Source: Eledone cirrhosa (lineage: Eukaryota). Taken from it: a stretch of DNA of 64,000 nucleotides. The DNA is taken from assembly GCA_964016885.1 (NCBI GenBank), contig OZ024741.1, forward strand, positions 335,234,001 to 335,298,000. The letters are read 5' to 3'. Numbering within the stretch: position 1 is the stretch's first letter; every line of letters begins with the position of its first letter. Positions 40,076-54,009 of the stretch are shown in pieces. The translations under genes were made by a program, and so were the position numbers. Below the pieces are notes generated by a model. That model was given only the letters and a program-made list of their open reading frames with translations. It made no database searches and had not been told where the DNA came from.

Positions 40076-40852
40076 TTGTCCATGCTTTGTTGATGTTATA
40101 TTTTGGAAATAACATTTTTAATGTATTGTATATTGTTCATTTTTATGTTAAGTAAAACAAATGTTACATTGTTTCCCATGAAGTCCAACATGTACAAACC
40201 CCCTGGTAACATGGATCTTTCTGTACAGGTGTAAAGGAGAAAGAAGGAGAGAGAGAGAGAGGACCATTCCCAATACTAGATTTGTAGTTTATTGCCCCTG
40301 AAAGGATGAAAGACAAGATTGACCTTTGTGTTATTTGAACACAGAAGCTCAGAGCCAAAACAAATACCAAAAGGCTTTCTACCCAATATTCTTACAACTC
40401 TGCCAATTCACAGGTTGAGATGCAGTGGAATTGTTTAAGTAACCAAATCACAGACGTGCAACAAAATATTTGACTTATTAGGAACTAAATTAGATATAGA
40501 TATCACAGGCTTTAAATGTTTTAAATGGCTATTCCATGATGTAATATGTAATGTTTAACTTAGAATGAAATTATTAGCACCAGAAGAATTTCATTCATGA
40601 ATATCATAATTTTTTTTAAATGGTTGCTCTGTTCTTGCTGTTTTAGAATGAAAGCAGAAAATCATTCCTTTTCACAAAAACAAAAACACTTCTTTTTGAG
40701 GATGTTTCTTATTTTATCATATATATTATCCTTTTTTAATTAAAATATCTGTCTTATAATCTAACAATTCTTGAAGAAACAAAAAAAAAAAAGAAAGCGC
40801 TTCAAAAAATCAACATGAGCCATTTTGAAAGAAAAAATTAAAAGTAAAAGTA

Positions 40853-40896
<44 letters not shown>

Positions 40897-40931
40897 TGTA
40901 TAGATATATATATATACATATATATATATAT

Positions 40932-40990
<59 letters not shown>

Positions 40991-42166
40991 AAGAGAAAGA
41001 CAGAGTGAGGGAGAGTAATATATATATATATAGTAAAATTAATATAAATTTATATATATATATATTATTTTAGCATTAACTTTAGTAGTAGATATTTTTC
41101 CTTTGATCAGAGTTCTTGAAAATCTAATGAAAAACTTTTTGTACCTCAAGCTAGAATTTTCATATCGTTCTGCCTGTTGTTTTTACTCCATCTTGGAAAT
41201 TTTACTGTGTTCTTTTCTTTTTTCTTTTTTTTTTTTTTCTTTTCTATGAATGTTACATAAGCTGTGTGGTGCAAAGTTGAACTATTTTTTTGAAAATACT
41301 GACTTTCTTTTCTATATTTTTTCCAATGTGATGTTCCCCAAGCTGTCAGTTAGTCCCTTACATTTTCTTTCTTACTCCTTTTTTTTCTTTTTTTTTAATA
41401 AGAGATAAGAAGTATTTCTTGAAAGAAGTTTGAAAAGTAAATAAATCAGTAAAGAAATGCGAGCTAGTTTTATAAGAATCAAGTTTAAGACTGTCTCTCA
41501 AATATGTCTAGCATAACATTCTTCATTGTACTCTTGATGGAGTTATAGGGCCACTTGGCATTGAATTAACATTTGCATGTGTTGGGGATTTTAAACCTGG
41601 TAGAACCGATCTCACTCTCCAGATCTGAACACAATGAGTTTCCTCCAGAAAGAAAGATTGAGATAGAGAGAAGAAGAAAAAAGATTTTGATCGACAAGAT
41701 CCCAGAACTCCTTTGCTTAATATGTGGGGTGCAGGTCATCAAATTTGACCAAGGAAACAATGTTTCCATGGATCTTTCTATAACTAATACTATCTACTGG
41801 TTACAACTTTTGACAGAAGGAGCAGCATGAAATAAAGTGTCTTGCTCAAGCAAATAACAGTTCACTTGGTCTTGGAATTGAACTCACAATCTGACACTTG
41901 CAAATCCAATTGTTTAATCACCAAGAAAGTGTAAAGCAATGAGATAGAAAGATAAAATCAACCCCAGTGCTGGATTGTTAATATATCTATCAACTCTGAA
42001 GTCACTGAACAAAATATCATAGTTTAAACATTAAAGAAGCAATTCTCATTCATAGACTAAGGTGTGCTATTAATGATAGACACAGAAACTGCTAATGGCT
42101 GATTGGTAATTGTAACAATGCTATATATATGTATATTTAGAGAGAGAGAGAGAGAGAGAGATACAA

Positions 42167-42198
<32 letters not shown>

Positions 42199-42344
42199 TT
42201 ATATATGTATATGTATATATATATATATGTATATATTTACATATGATGATGATGATGATGATGATATATGTATATGTATATATTTTTATATATATATGTG
42301 TGTGTATATGCATATATATATATGTATATATTTATATATTATAC

Positions 42345-42381
<37 letters not shown>

Positions 42382-43228
42382 CAGTCCTATGCGAGCAAGA
42401 CAACCACTCTTGCCTCAAGTGGGAAAACCCCCGTCCAAACCCATGCAAGCGTGGAACACGGACGCTAAACCGGATGATGATGATGATGATGATATATATA
42501 TATATATATATATAAATTTCTTTTAACCATTTCTCATTAACACAATGTTTGTAACAAATATTTTTGATTATATTCAATATTCTACCTTCACATGGGAGAG
42601 TGAAATTATATTTTATGTTATCAGTTGTAAACAGTCTCAGATGAAGCGTCAACCTGTTCCGTTTTATCTCCATAGAGACAGTAAATTGGTTGAGAAACTG
42701 AACCAAAGCATAGATAAATGTTCTCATACCAACCATTTCCTATATTTGTATATGTTACAATTAGATTTAATATTCTTAACTTTTAGTGATTTGTGAGGTC
42801 TCTGCACCTCCAGGGCAATAGCTGTATGTAATAAAGACAGATTTCTTGTCAGGAATCAATAAACTAAGTTCAAATCTAGTTTTGATACTAAAATTGGAAG
42901 ATTTCTATCTGCTTAATGTGTATGTGTGTTTTCAAATATTATATATGTCTGCGTAACATCATCATCATCATCGTCGTCATCATCATTTTACGTCCGCTTT
43001 TTCCCTGCTAGCAAGGGTGGGACGGGAACTGATTCTGGCTTGATTTCTACAGCTGGATGTCCTTCTTAAAACCAACCTCATTTACAGTGAGTACTGGGTG
43101 CTTTTTTGCCATGGCACCTCCACGACCACTTTGCAGTGGAATGATATGGACCCCAGTCCCTATCATCTCATTTCTACAGCTGAGTAAACTGGAGCAATGT
43201 GAAATAAAGTGTCTTGCTCAAGGAAACA

Positions 43229-43271
<43 letters not shown>

Positions 43272-43282
43272 CATATACACAT

Positions 43283-43328
<46 letters not shown>

Positions 43329-43383
43329 ATATGTATTATCGGTCTTTTACTACATATCTCAAATCTCAATGTTTCATATTAAC

Positions 43384-43456
<73 letters not shown>

Positions 43457-44878
43457 TATATGTACATATATATATATATTTATTAAAATAACAGATTAAA
43501 GTTTAAGCAAAGAATCGCTGCTTTCACCCTTAACAGGATCTTCTGAAACTAAAAAAGTCAATCTGTGAACGCAGAAGTAAATATTTCAAAAAACGTTGCA
43601 ACCGAAGGAAGACAGGAAGATGATACTTTGATTCGTGGAAACGTTCCCTGACAAAGAACGAAATAAAACGAAGATAAAACGTCATTATTAGGTGCGGTGA
43701 AAACAATTACGCAGAAAGACAAAACCACATTTATGGTATGAATCAAGTCGTAGACTAATATTCTATTAGATAGTTCATGGAGACATTCTCAGGCAATGAA
43801 CGGAAAAAACGAAGATATTTGCTCTACGGCTCTTATATATCTGATATATATTTGGATTTTAGTCTTCAAATTTATTATTATTACTATATATATATATATA
43901 ATTCTCAGACCGGGTGATGTGTTGTTTCCTTGAGCAAGACACTTTATTTCACATTGCTCCAGTTTACTCAGCTGTAGAAATGAGATGATAGGGACTGGTG
44001 TCCCTATCATTCCACTGTAAAGTGGTCGTGGAGGCGCCATGGCAAAAAAGCACCCAGCACTCACTGTAAATGAGATTGGTGTTAGGAAGGGCATCCAGCT
44101 GTAGAAATCAAGCCAGAATCAGTTCCTGTCCCAAGCAGGGAAAAGCGGACGTAAAGTGAAATGATGATATATGTATATATATATATATATATATATGGAC
44201 ACACATATATATATATATATAATATATATAGGGAGCTCATAGATCGGACAACACACTGTTTTTCGTGGGGGTAAGTTTTTTTTATTTTCGTATTCTGAAA
44301 GATCAAAATACAACATTTTTGCTCATTGGACTCCGGGGAAATGTTCTGACAAAAGCTGTGGAAGTTACAGAAATATTCCATATATTTTTCCAGAGCAATC
44401 TCTATTTAAATTTTACATTTTTATGTTTACTTGTCCCCCATTGCAAAATGGCCATGAATTCAAATTTTGAAAAGAGAGGAAAAGGGACAAGTGAACTATG
44501 AACTTGATACATCTCACTGTCCCCTGCCACCACAATAACCTCTACACTCGCTCCCCACCACCATCACATAAGTCATTACTCTACCTACACTAAGGCGTCT
44601 GACCTGTTGACAAGCTCCTTTCTCTGTGTTGAATGTGTGTGCATATATATATATGTATGTGTGTGTATATATGCATATATATATATATCTCAGTCAATGC
44701 GACCAGATTTCAACACAGCAACAACAACTACTTCAACAACAACAGCAACTACAGCAACATATATATATGTATATATATATATATATATCACTGACCTGTT
44801 GCTAACCTCCTTTCTCCGTGAAGAATGTGTGTGTGTATATATATATATATGTGTGTGTGTGTGTGATATATATGTAAA

Positions 44879-44931
<53 letters not shown>

Positions 44932-45472
44932 CAACACAGCAACTACAACAACAGCAACTGCAATAACAACAGCAGCAACAACACCATTGTCTGTGTTGAA
45001 TGTGTGTGTATGTATGTATATATGTGTATATATATATATATATATATGTATGTGTATATATCACACACGCGAAGCGACCAAATTTCAAAATTTCAACCCA
45101 GCGACTACAACAACAGCAACAACAACAACAACAACAACAACAATGACAACAACAACAACTGCCATCACCATCACTGACACCATCCACCACCACCACCATC
45201 ACTGACGCCATCCACCACCACCACCACCATCACCATCACTGACGCCATCCACCACCACCACCATCACCATCACTGACGCCATCCACCACCACCACCACCA
45301 CCATCATCATCACCAGTGATCAGGCCTTAAGAAGAAGAAAACAACTATAATACTAAATAACTATTCTGTTCTTGGCATGGGCTGCGATTATCCCAGGGCA
45401 TTGCTGGTGCCTTGTTTTGGACCCGGAGCGTGGAAGGCCGTTGCTCTATGCTCTAAAGCAAATAATTATTAT

Positions 45473-45660
45473 CGGTGGATTGGCAGTATCGGTAGAGAGT
45501 CGGACGCCATGCTTTCCAGCATAGTTACGTCCCTTTACGGTCTGTGTTCAAATCCCGTCGAGGTTAACTTTGCCTTTCATCCTTACGGGGTCGATAAAAT
45601 AAAGTACCAGTAATGTACTGGCTAATTGCTGGCCTTGTGCCAAAAGTAGAAACAATTATT
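45473..45660 (+). mobile_element. Young Nin/Deu-domain-like SINE
   Basis: CpG-retaining copy: GGTGGATTGGCAGTATCGG...GTTCAAATCCCGTCGAGGTTAACTTTGCCTTTCATCCTTACGGGGTCGATAAAATAAAGTACCAG...GGCCTTGTGCCAAAAGTAGAAACAATTATT. It is flanked on both sides by AATTATTAT. Confidence 0.85.
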
Positions 45661-45869
45661 ATATAAAAACTGAACTGTAAAAGTCAACAGTTGACATGAT
45701 CTTGTATCAGTACTGACAGTAATATATGTATGTGTGTGTGTGTGTGTGTTTGTATGCATGAGTGTTGGTGTGTGAGTGGCGTGTGTGTTTGTATGCATGA
45801 ATGCTGGTGTGTGAGTGAGTGTGAGTGTGTGCCGTGAGTGTCAATAATTGGTGCTTTTTTTTTTTTGTT

Positions 45870-48800
45870 ATGACCATGCTGTAAAAGGGAGGGGTAGAGA
45901 GGGCCCATGAGTCCAGTAAGACATCCTCTCTAGTGCTGGTGGCACAAATAAAAGCACCCTGTCCATGCTGTAAAGTGACACTGGTGTTAGAAAGGGCATC
46001 CAACCAGTGTATCAATGTCAAAAGAATTATGAGCACAGCAACAAATATATAGGACGAACAAAAATATGAAAACATCGCATCTCAGAGTTGTAACACTTAA
46101 TGTTGGCCCTCTCACAGGTAGATCTGGTGAAATAGTCGAGATGCTGGAGACAAGGCATGTGGATGTGTGCTGCGTGCAAAAAGTGAGATGGAGAGGTGCT
46201 TCTGCAAGACTAGTCGCAGGCAAACATCTTAGCTATAAGCTTTTCTGGGTAGGTAAGGATGATGGGTTAGGGGGAGTAGGCATTTTCCTTGCTGAGAGAT
46301 GGATCAATAAGACAATAGAGGTAGTTCGAGTTAATAATCGAATAATTAAGCTTAGATTAGTTGTAGGCAGGAGACTACTGACAATTATCTCTGCCTATCC
46401 TCCCCAAGTAGGCCTAGGCAAAGAAGAGAAAGACTGCTTTTACGAGAAACTTTTACAAACAGCCGCAATGACAGAGGACAGAGACATCGTTATGCTAGCA
46501 GGAGACTTCAATGGTCATGTTGGACAGCTCCAGGATGGTTACATGGGGTACATGGTGGTCACGGTTACGGCTTAAGAAATGAAGAAGGAATGAGACTTCT
46601 TGAATTTTGTGATGCAAGTACACTGACTATTTACAACACTAACTTCCAGACACCTGCCAACCACCTAATTACCTACAAATCAGGCGAGCACATAAGCCAG
46701 ATTGACTTCTTACTAGTTAGGCAGCAGGACAGGCAGATGGTATCAAATACCAAGGCATACCCTGGGGAAGAATGTACCCTACAGCATAGGTTAGTCATTA
46801 GTGATATCTCAGTAAGCAAGAAATGGAATGAGACATACAGGAAGGTGTGGAGAAGAAAGGTCTGGAAGCTAAAAGACCTTTCACTAAAATACAAATTTAG
46901 GAAAGCCCTTCAAGATGTGTATGACGAAAAAGAAGACGATTTAGAGTCATATGACATAGATAATAACTGGAATTTCTTACGTGACAACTTACTGCAGGCT
47001 ACTGATGAAACTTGTGGCTGGAGCAGAGCTCCAACCAACAGCGAGTGACCTGGTGGTGGAACATCACAGTAGATAGGGCAATTAGTGACAAAAGACTAGC
47101 ATGGAAGGCTTGGAAAAAGGGTGGGAGTAGAGAAGGATATACAGCCGCTAAGAGAGAAGCTAGACGTCAGGTGTACTTAGCACACAGGGAGGCTGAGAGT
47201 AGGAGGTTTGCCAATGTTCTACGACGGGAAGATCAGAGGCATGAGGTGTTCCACATTGCAAGGTAGTGTGTCAATGCAAATCAGGATGTTGTTGGAGATA
47301 AGTGTGTCCAGAATGATGCCGGTATACTTAGTGTCATGAATGATCAGAAAAAGGAGGCCTGGAAATGTCATTATGAGAGACTGATGAATGTGGAGAATGA
47401 ATGGGAGAGAGAGAAATTACCCTCAGTAGATCCAACAGAGGGACCAGCTATTGAGATTGATGAATATAGGGTCCAAGAGGCGATTAGGGAAATGAAAAAT
47501 GGTAAGGATGCTGGACCGTCGGGGATAGTTGCTGAGATGCTGAAGGCACCAGGGGACGTAGGCACTAAACTGGTTGCATGCATCATCAATCAGGCTATAT
47601 ATGGTGGTGTCATACCCAAAGACTGGTGCAGCAGTATTCTCATAAATTGCTACACAGGTAAAGGGGATGCTCTGGGGAGGAGCAATTATAGAGGTATAAA
47701 ACTGATGGATCAGGTTATGAAAGTGGCAGAAAGGATATTAGCGCAACTAATTAGAGAAAGGGTCAAACTAGATGAGATGCAGTTTGGTTTTGTGCCTAGG
47801 AAAAGTACAACAGATGCCCTCTTCTTGGTGAGACAATTACAAGAGAGGTTCTTAGAGAAGAATAAGCCACTATACTTAGCCTTTGTTGACCTAGAGAAGG
47901 CCTTTGATAGGGTACCACAATCTGTCATCTGGAGGTCCCTAAGGAAACTAGGTGTTGAGGAATGGCTTGTGAGGACAGTGCAAACTTTGTACAGTGGTGC
48001 TGTCAGTAAAGTCAGGGTAGGAATGGAGTTTAGTGAGGAATTCCAGATACAAGTAGGAGTACATCAAGGTTCGGTCCTCAGCCCGCTCTTGTTCATTATA
48101 GTACTCCAAACCATAACAGAGGAGTTTAAGACTGGCTGTCCATGGGAACTTCTCTATGCTGACGATCTGGTTCTTATAGCAGAATCAGTAGAGGAGCTAG
48201 AGAATAAATTCTGGCTATGGAAACAGCAGTTGGAAGCAAGAGGACTGAGAGTGAACCTAGCTAAGAACAAAGTGTTGATGAGTAGAAAAGAGGACAAAGC
48301 TCTGATTCCATCAGGGAAATTGCCATGTTCGATATGCAGAAAAGGAACTGGCATAAATTCTATAAAATGCACACAATGCAGATCCTGGGTACACAAGAGA
48401 TGTAGCAGGATAGCAGGCAAACTAACAGGTAGGGAGAAATACGTATGCAGTAGATGTACAAGGAAATTAGACAGTAGAAGTCGCATTGATAGACACATTT
48501 TTCAAATGCAGGCAGGTGCTATAGAAGTGGTTGATAGCTTCCGGTACTTAGGAGATCAGATTAGCATGGGAGAGGAGGGTGTTCCGAGGCCATAGTATCT
48601 AGAATAAGGACGGGTTGGAAGAAGTTTAGGGAGCTGCTTTCTCTGCTGACGAAGAAGGGTTTCTCCCTGCGTACGAAAGGCCGGTTATATGATGCCTGTG
48701 TGAGGAGTGTGATGCTGCATGGTAGTGAGACATGGGCAGCAACTGCAGAGGATATGCGACAGCTGGAGAGAAATGAGGTAAGCATGCTCCATTGGATGTG

Positions 48801-49155
48801 CAATGTCAATCTGCATGAACGACCCAGCATGGATGTGTTGAGAGAGAAACTGTGTCTGAGAGGGATACAATGTAGTGTGCGAGAGAAGAGACTGCGGTGG
48901 TATGGACATGTAATGCACATGGAGGATGACCGATGGGTGAAGAAGTGCCAGGAAATGCCAGTTGAAGGAAGACATAGTAGAGGTAGACCACGAAAAAAAA
49001 TGGGCGGAGGTGGTGAGAACAGACCTCAGATCGCTGAAGCCCACGGTGGAGATGACGAAGGACTGTGACAAGTGGAGAGATGCTGTGCTGAATAAGACCC
49101 ATCCCACCCTTGCAAGCAGGGAAAAGCAGACGTAAAATGATGATGATGATGATGA

Positions 49156-49157
<2 letters not shown>
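45870..49157 (+). mobile_element. Near full-length RTE-clade LINE (family 1)
   Basis: Short 5'UTR, single APE-RT ORF, very short 3'UTR and (TGA)n tail. The 5' boundary is approximate. Confidence 0.92.
46066..49100 (+). pseudogene. RTE ORF: APE endonuclease + reverse transcriptase + PHD-type finger; frameshifts and stops
   Basis: LRVVTLNVG, GVGIF, ISAYPPQ, AGDFNGHVG, SQIDF, QHRLV (APE); NYRGIKL, QFGF, AFVDLEKAFDRVP, GVHQGSVLSPLLF, LLYADDL (RT); [13 protein letters not shown]. Confidence 0.92.
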
Positions 49158-49194
<37 letters not shown>

Positions 49195-49574
49195 TGGTGA
49201 TGTGATACTTTTAATCTGAGATATATCTCATATTGGCATGGTGCACTTTGAAAAGTATCCTTTATATTTACTGAAATGTTGTTACATTTAACTGAATAAG
49301 CTGACTCTAGTGTTGCTATGTTGAATGAGACTGGTGTGAAATTTGAGGAATGATGACATCATAGGAAAAAGATTGCTGTTAGTAATGGTGCTGCTTAACC
49401 AATTCATTACCCTATTGCTAATGAAAGACTCTCCACATTATATAACCCCTCGGACATCATGTTCATTGTTCCATATAGATTTTAATAGAGTAGATTTTAT
49501 CAACTCATTTTTACTGCATCTATAAAATAATCTTTTAGAACATTTATCAAAGGGTTTTTAAGCTAGATGCAAGC

Positions 49575-49852
49575 ATATGCGTGGCCTAATGGTAAGGTTG
49601 TAGGACTTATGATCATAATACCGTGGTTTTGATTCCTAGCCTGGGTTGTGTTTTGTGTTCTTGAGCAAAAACTTCATTTGACATTGCTCATGTACACTCA
49701 GCTAAAAATGATTACCAGCAATAGCTGCGGGTTTAACCCTGCAATGGACTGGTATCCTGTCCATGGGGGAGTCTTGTACTCTCAGTCGCTTAATGCCACA
49801 GAAACCAGAGTAAGTACCAGCCTGATGAGCTTCCAGGCTCAAGACAGACTTT
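49575..49852 (+). mobile_element. tRNA/CORE-like-head SINE with a third 3' body
   Basis: Head as at 31818, then TTAACCCTGCAATGGACTGGTATCCTGTCCATGGGG..TCGCTTAATGCCACAGAAACC. Relatives at ~1620-1740, ~33385-33560 and ~52470-52650. Confidence 0.6.
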
Positions 49853-52800
49853 AGATATTTAGAAAGAAAGAATGCCTGTGATTTTCAAATAATTTGGAAA
49901 ATAATAAAGGATTTGGATGGATTTAGTAATATAACTAACTGTCTTGTTATTAGGTTAATGTGAGTGTGGTGGATTGGCAGAATTGCTTGTGTCAGACAAA
50001 ATGCTTTATGGCATTTAGTTACAGCCCTTTACATTCTGAGTTAAAATTCTAGTAAGGTCACCTTTGTCCTTCATTGTTTTAGGGATCAATAAAATAAAGT
50101 ACCAGTCTTGTACCAATACAAGACTGGTACTTTATTTTATTGTAATCGAGCTTTCCTTCCTATAAATTGCCAGTGTTGCACCTAAATTAGAAATCCTTAT
50201 CAAACCTGCATCTGAACAGAACAAGTGTTTTTACATAAAATTATCTTGGAAGGCTTTTAGATGTATATGAATTCTCTTACTTGTCATCCTTTGCTCTTAT
50301 ATATTTCTACCACATTGTACCAGATTTCTGAAACTTATCAGTCATTTATTACATATCTCACAATGCTTCTTATTAACGATACTACTTGATAAATAGTTTG
50401 ATATAAACAGCATTGTATCCTTGAATCAGGTCTGGTTTTCAGAGGTTTAGTATCAAAACAGTTAAACATGACTACTGCAATGTAATAAGGTAAAGATGAT
50501 TGGTTGCAGTTGTACAGAATTGGCAGTTAGCAAATATCATATAAATATTGATGTTAAGAAATATATCTTTAGTTCCTCTGTTTTGACAAGAAAATATTTT
50601 AATGTCATATTTGATTTTTATTTACTCTTTTACCTATTCCAGCCCTGCAAATAATAAAAATATTAATAATAATAATCAACTCGATATGAAAGACTCTAAG
50701 GAGCAATACTTATTTAGTAGAATATTAGGGGAAATTTATTTTCTTCCAAAAGGTTAAAATAAACTCGTTGAGAAAATTGTTTTGCAACTGAAATAAAATA
50801 ATATTTTTTTTTTAGGGAAGTAACATTGAAAAATTTTTTTTATCATTTTTAGCTATATTTGAAAAATGGAGATAACTGGGTATTAAAAAAAATTATTTGT
50901 AACAAATCCATTTTCTTTAGTGCCATTAACCCGCTTTTAGAAATATTTCCTGGCACTAGCCATTAGAATTTCAGTAATAGGCCATAAATATTTCTTGTTG
51001 CTCAGAAAACCACTAAAAGTGCTTAATGTTCTTCCTAATTGTCAGCAAGCTTTTAAAAATTTTAACCACTCTTAGTTTTACTGGCCTAAGGTCACAATAG
51101 CCGATATTGGGAAGGCATCTGTAAAGCCGATAATTTCTCAATGCAAAATGTGATAACAAGAAATATTGATGCAGTAACAAAATAATACTACTACTATACA
51201 CCATTGAGTTCTCCAATTATTTTTATTCTCTCTTTCTTTTTTTCATCTGCATTTTTTATTATTTAACATATTTTGTTTTGTCTGCATCAACAACATAAAC
51301 TACAATCATTTAAAATTCATGTTCCCTACTAAAGCAGGGATTAACCTTGGAAGCCCTATGACAGTGGAAATGTCTAGCATCCTGAGTCCCCACACCCCTA
51401 AAAAAAAACACTCTCTTATTCACTTTCATTAGGAGGAAGATGGCCATCTGCCAAGAATGACCCCCCATAAGATGTTACTGGCTCTTTCAGTGCATCTCCC
51501 TTACCATCCTTTAAGCTAAAACATTCCGAATTTTGTTCAATGTGACAATGAAATATTTGTATAACCTGTGATTCTTTTTGTTTATTAAACAGCAGAAATG
51601 CCAAAAGCATTTTAAGGCCAATTTCCCTGCTACAGCAGGGAAGATAGCCTTGCAGGCCTTATAACAAGTTTCTCTATTGTTCCCTATTTTTCTGTATCGG
51701 CCCTCAGCAATTCTTGGCTTTCATTTCCTCCTTCATTATCTTTAACCATGTCTTTATTGGTCTTCCCCTTATACTTCCTTCCATATCTATTTCCATCATT
51801 CCTCTCACCCAGTCACTTTCACCACTGGTTCTATCATCGTCTGCAATTCATTGTTTGCCTATATTTTCTCTCAGTGATACTCCACTCATCTACTAGACTA
51901 TTCTCATTTCCCTTCTTTCCAGCTTGCTTTGCTTCTTCATGTTTATCAACAATGTCTCACTCTCTTATAAATAATGGCACTTCTCATATATGCAGAATAC
52001 ATCTTATAAACATCTGTTCACTGTTCAATCCCAGATTAGTCAATGATAACTTTAATTTAATAATACTGTAGTTATTAATAAAATGCACCCAGTAGATTCT
52101 GTAAAGTGGTTGGCAATAGGAAGTGCATCCAGCCAGAGCAAACTTGTCAAGTTGTGTCTCAAACATGGTTCCAAGATAAAATAGCATTGTGCACTCTGAA
52201 GAGTGCAGGAATGCATGTAAGTAAGATATGGCCCACAGCCTACTTGAGCAATCAGTGGCTCCAATTAAGTACTTTTCTAGGTCTGTGATGAACTGTCTAA
52301 CCATTACTAGCAGGGAAAAACAGATAATGATGATGAAAATTTTTGAATTATAAAATTAAGAATATAAATTTCTATAAAGAACAGCATACAAAATGATAAT
52401 TAAACTTAGATTTATTTTTTACTTAGTACTAACCAAAGGAAATATTTATGTAAATACATATAGCTTGGTGGTTAAAGGGTTAATTTCAACATCATAAGGT
52501 TGTGAATCTAATGGCCAGACAAAGCAGTGTGTTGTGTCCTTGAGCAAAATATTTCCTTTCACATTGCACCAGTTAACTCAGCTGAAAAAAATGAATAAAC
52601 AGCAGCATTAAGGAATTAACCTTGTGGCAGACTAGCATCCTGTCTTAATACACCTTTCTAGATGTGCCAACAGCTGTTGGTGTTTTTTCTTCACTGTTTT
52701 TTGGTTAGTGGATGGGGGAGATTTTTAATTATTTTACTTTCCTACTATGACTTGTAAAAATTGTAGTATTTTTCTATTGAACATTTTAACTGCCCTATTA

Positions 52801-52994
52801 TGACATGAAAGAATAGGAAAATCTTAAATTTTACCATTTTATAGCCATTTTGTTATATTGTATGTTGTCTCACATCACGGGAGAATTTGGAAGTAATGAT
52901 AACAGTGATGAGTGTATTTGCTTTGTTTTTAACAGACATAAGGAAGGCTCTTTCAATAATGGTGGAGGGGGGCATGATAATAATGAAGAAAATA

Positions 52995-53740
52995 ATGGTT
53001 TCTTATATAGGCACATGGCCAGTAATTCGAAGGGAAGGGGAATGTCGATTAAATATCTCCCCCAGTGCATTACTGGTACTTTATTTTATCAACCCCATAA
53101 GGATGAAAGACAAAGCTAATATCGGCGGGCTTTGAACTCAGAACGTAAAGGGCCGTAACTAAAGCATGGTGTTCAATGCTTTATCAGTACTGCCAAATAG
53201 TAATAATAACAATAATGATAATAATCGTTTCTAATTTTGGCACAAGAGAAGCAATTAAGAGTACTTTATTTTATCAACCCCCAAAATGATGAAAGGCAAA
53301 GTTGACCTCAGTGGGATTTGAACTCAGAATATAAAGAGTCAAAATAAATACTGCTAAGCATTTGTCAGATTTTCTAACAACTTTGCCTCACACCAATAAT
53401 AGTGATAATTTCTAATATAGGACAAGGCCAGCAATGATAAAGGGCAAAATTGACCTCAGTGAGATTTGAACTCAGATTGTAAATAATCATAATGAAAGCT
53501 GCAATAAATAACAATAATAATAATAATAATAAAGGTTTCTGATTTAGGCACAAGGCCAGCAATTTGTGGGAAAGGGAAAGTCTATTAAATCGACCGACCC
53601 CAGTACATTACTGGTACTGTATTTTAACAACCCCATAAGGATGAGAGGCACAGCTAACCTCGGCTAAACTCAGAACATAAAGGGACGTAACTATATACCG
53701 AAAAGCATGTCTAACACTCTACCGATACCGCCACCCTTAT
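52995..53740 (-). mobile_element. Head-to-tail array of Nin/Deu-domain-like SINEs downstream of the Tx1-like LINE
   Basis: About 4 co-oriented units separated by (AAT)n. Confidence 0.8.
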
Positions 53741-54009
53741 AATAATAATAATAATAATGCTTTCAATATTAACCACAAGGGTTGACACAAAGTAGACATT
53801 AAGGACAGTACAGGACAATACAGGACGGTACAAATGGGCATTTCTGCATATAAAAAAAAAAACAGGATGTAACAAAAAAAAGGAACAATGAAAAATTCCC
53901 CAATAAGGGGGAGACTTCCGAGGGCCATCGTGGTGAAAGCCCATTAAAAAAAGCCACAGTAACCCTTACCACCAGGGCAAGTGCCCTCTCCCAGTTTTCC
54001 ACCTTCAAT

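Noticed and set aside
51013-51610. Two short minus-strand ORFs in unique DNA
   Set aside because: No motifs or splice support that I can verify.
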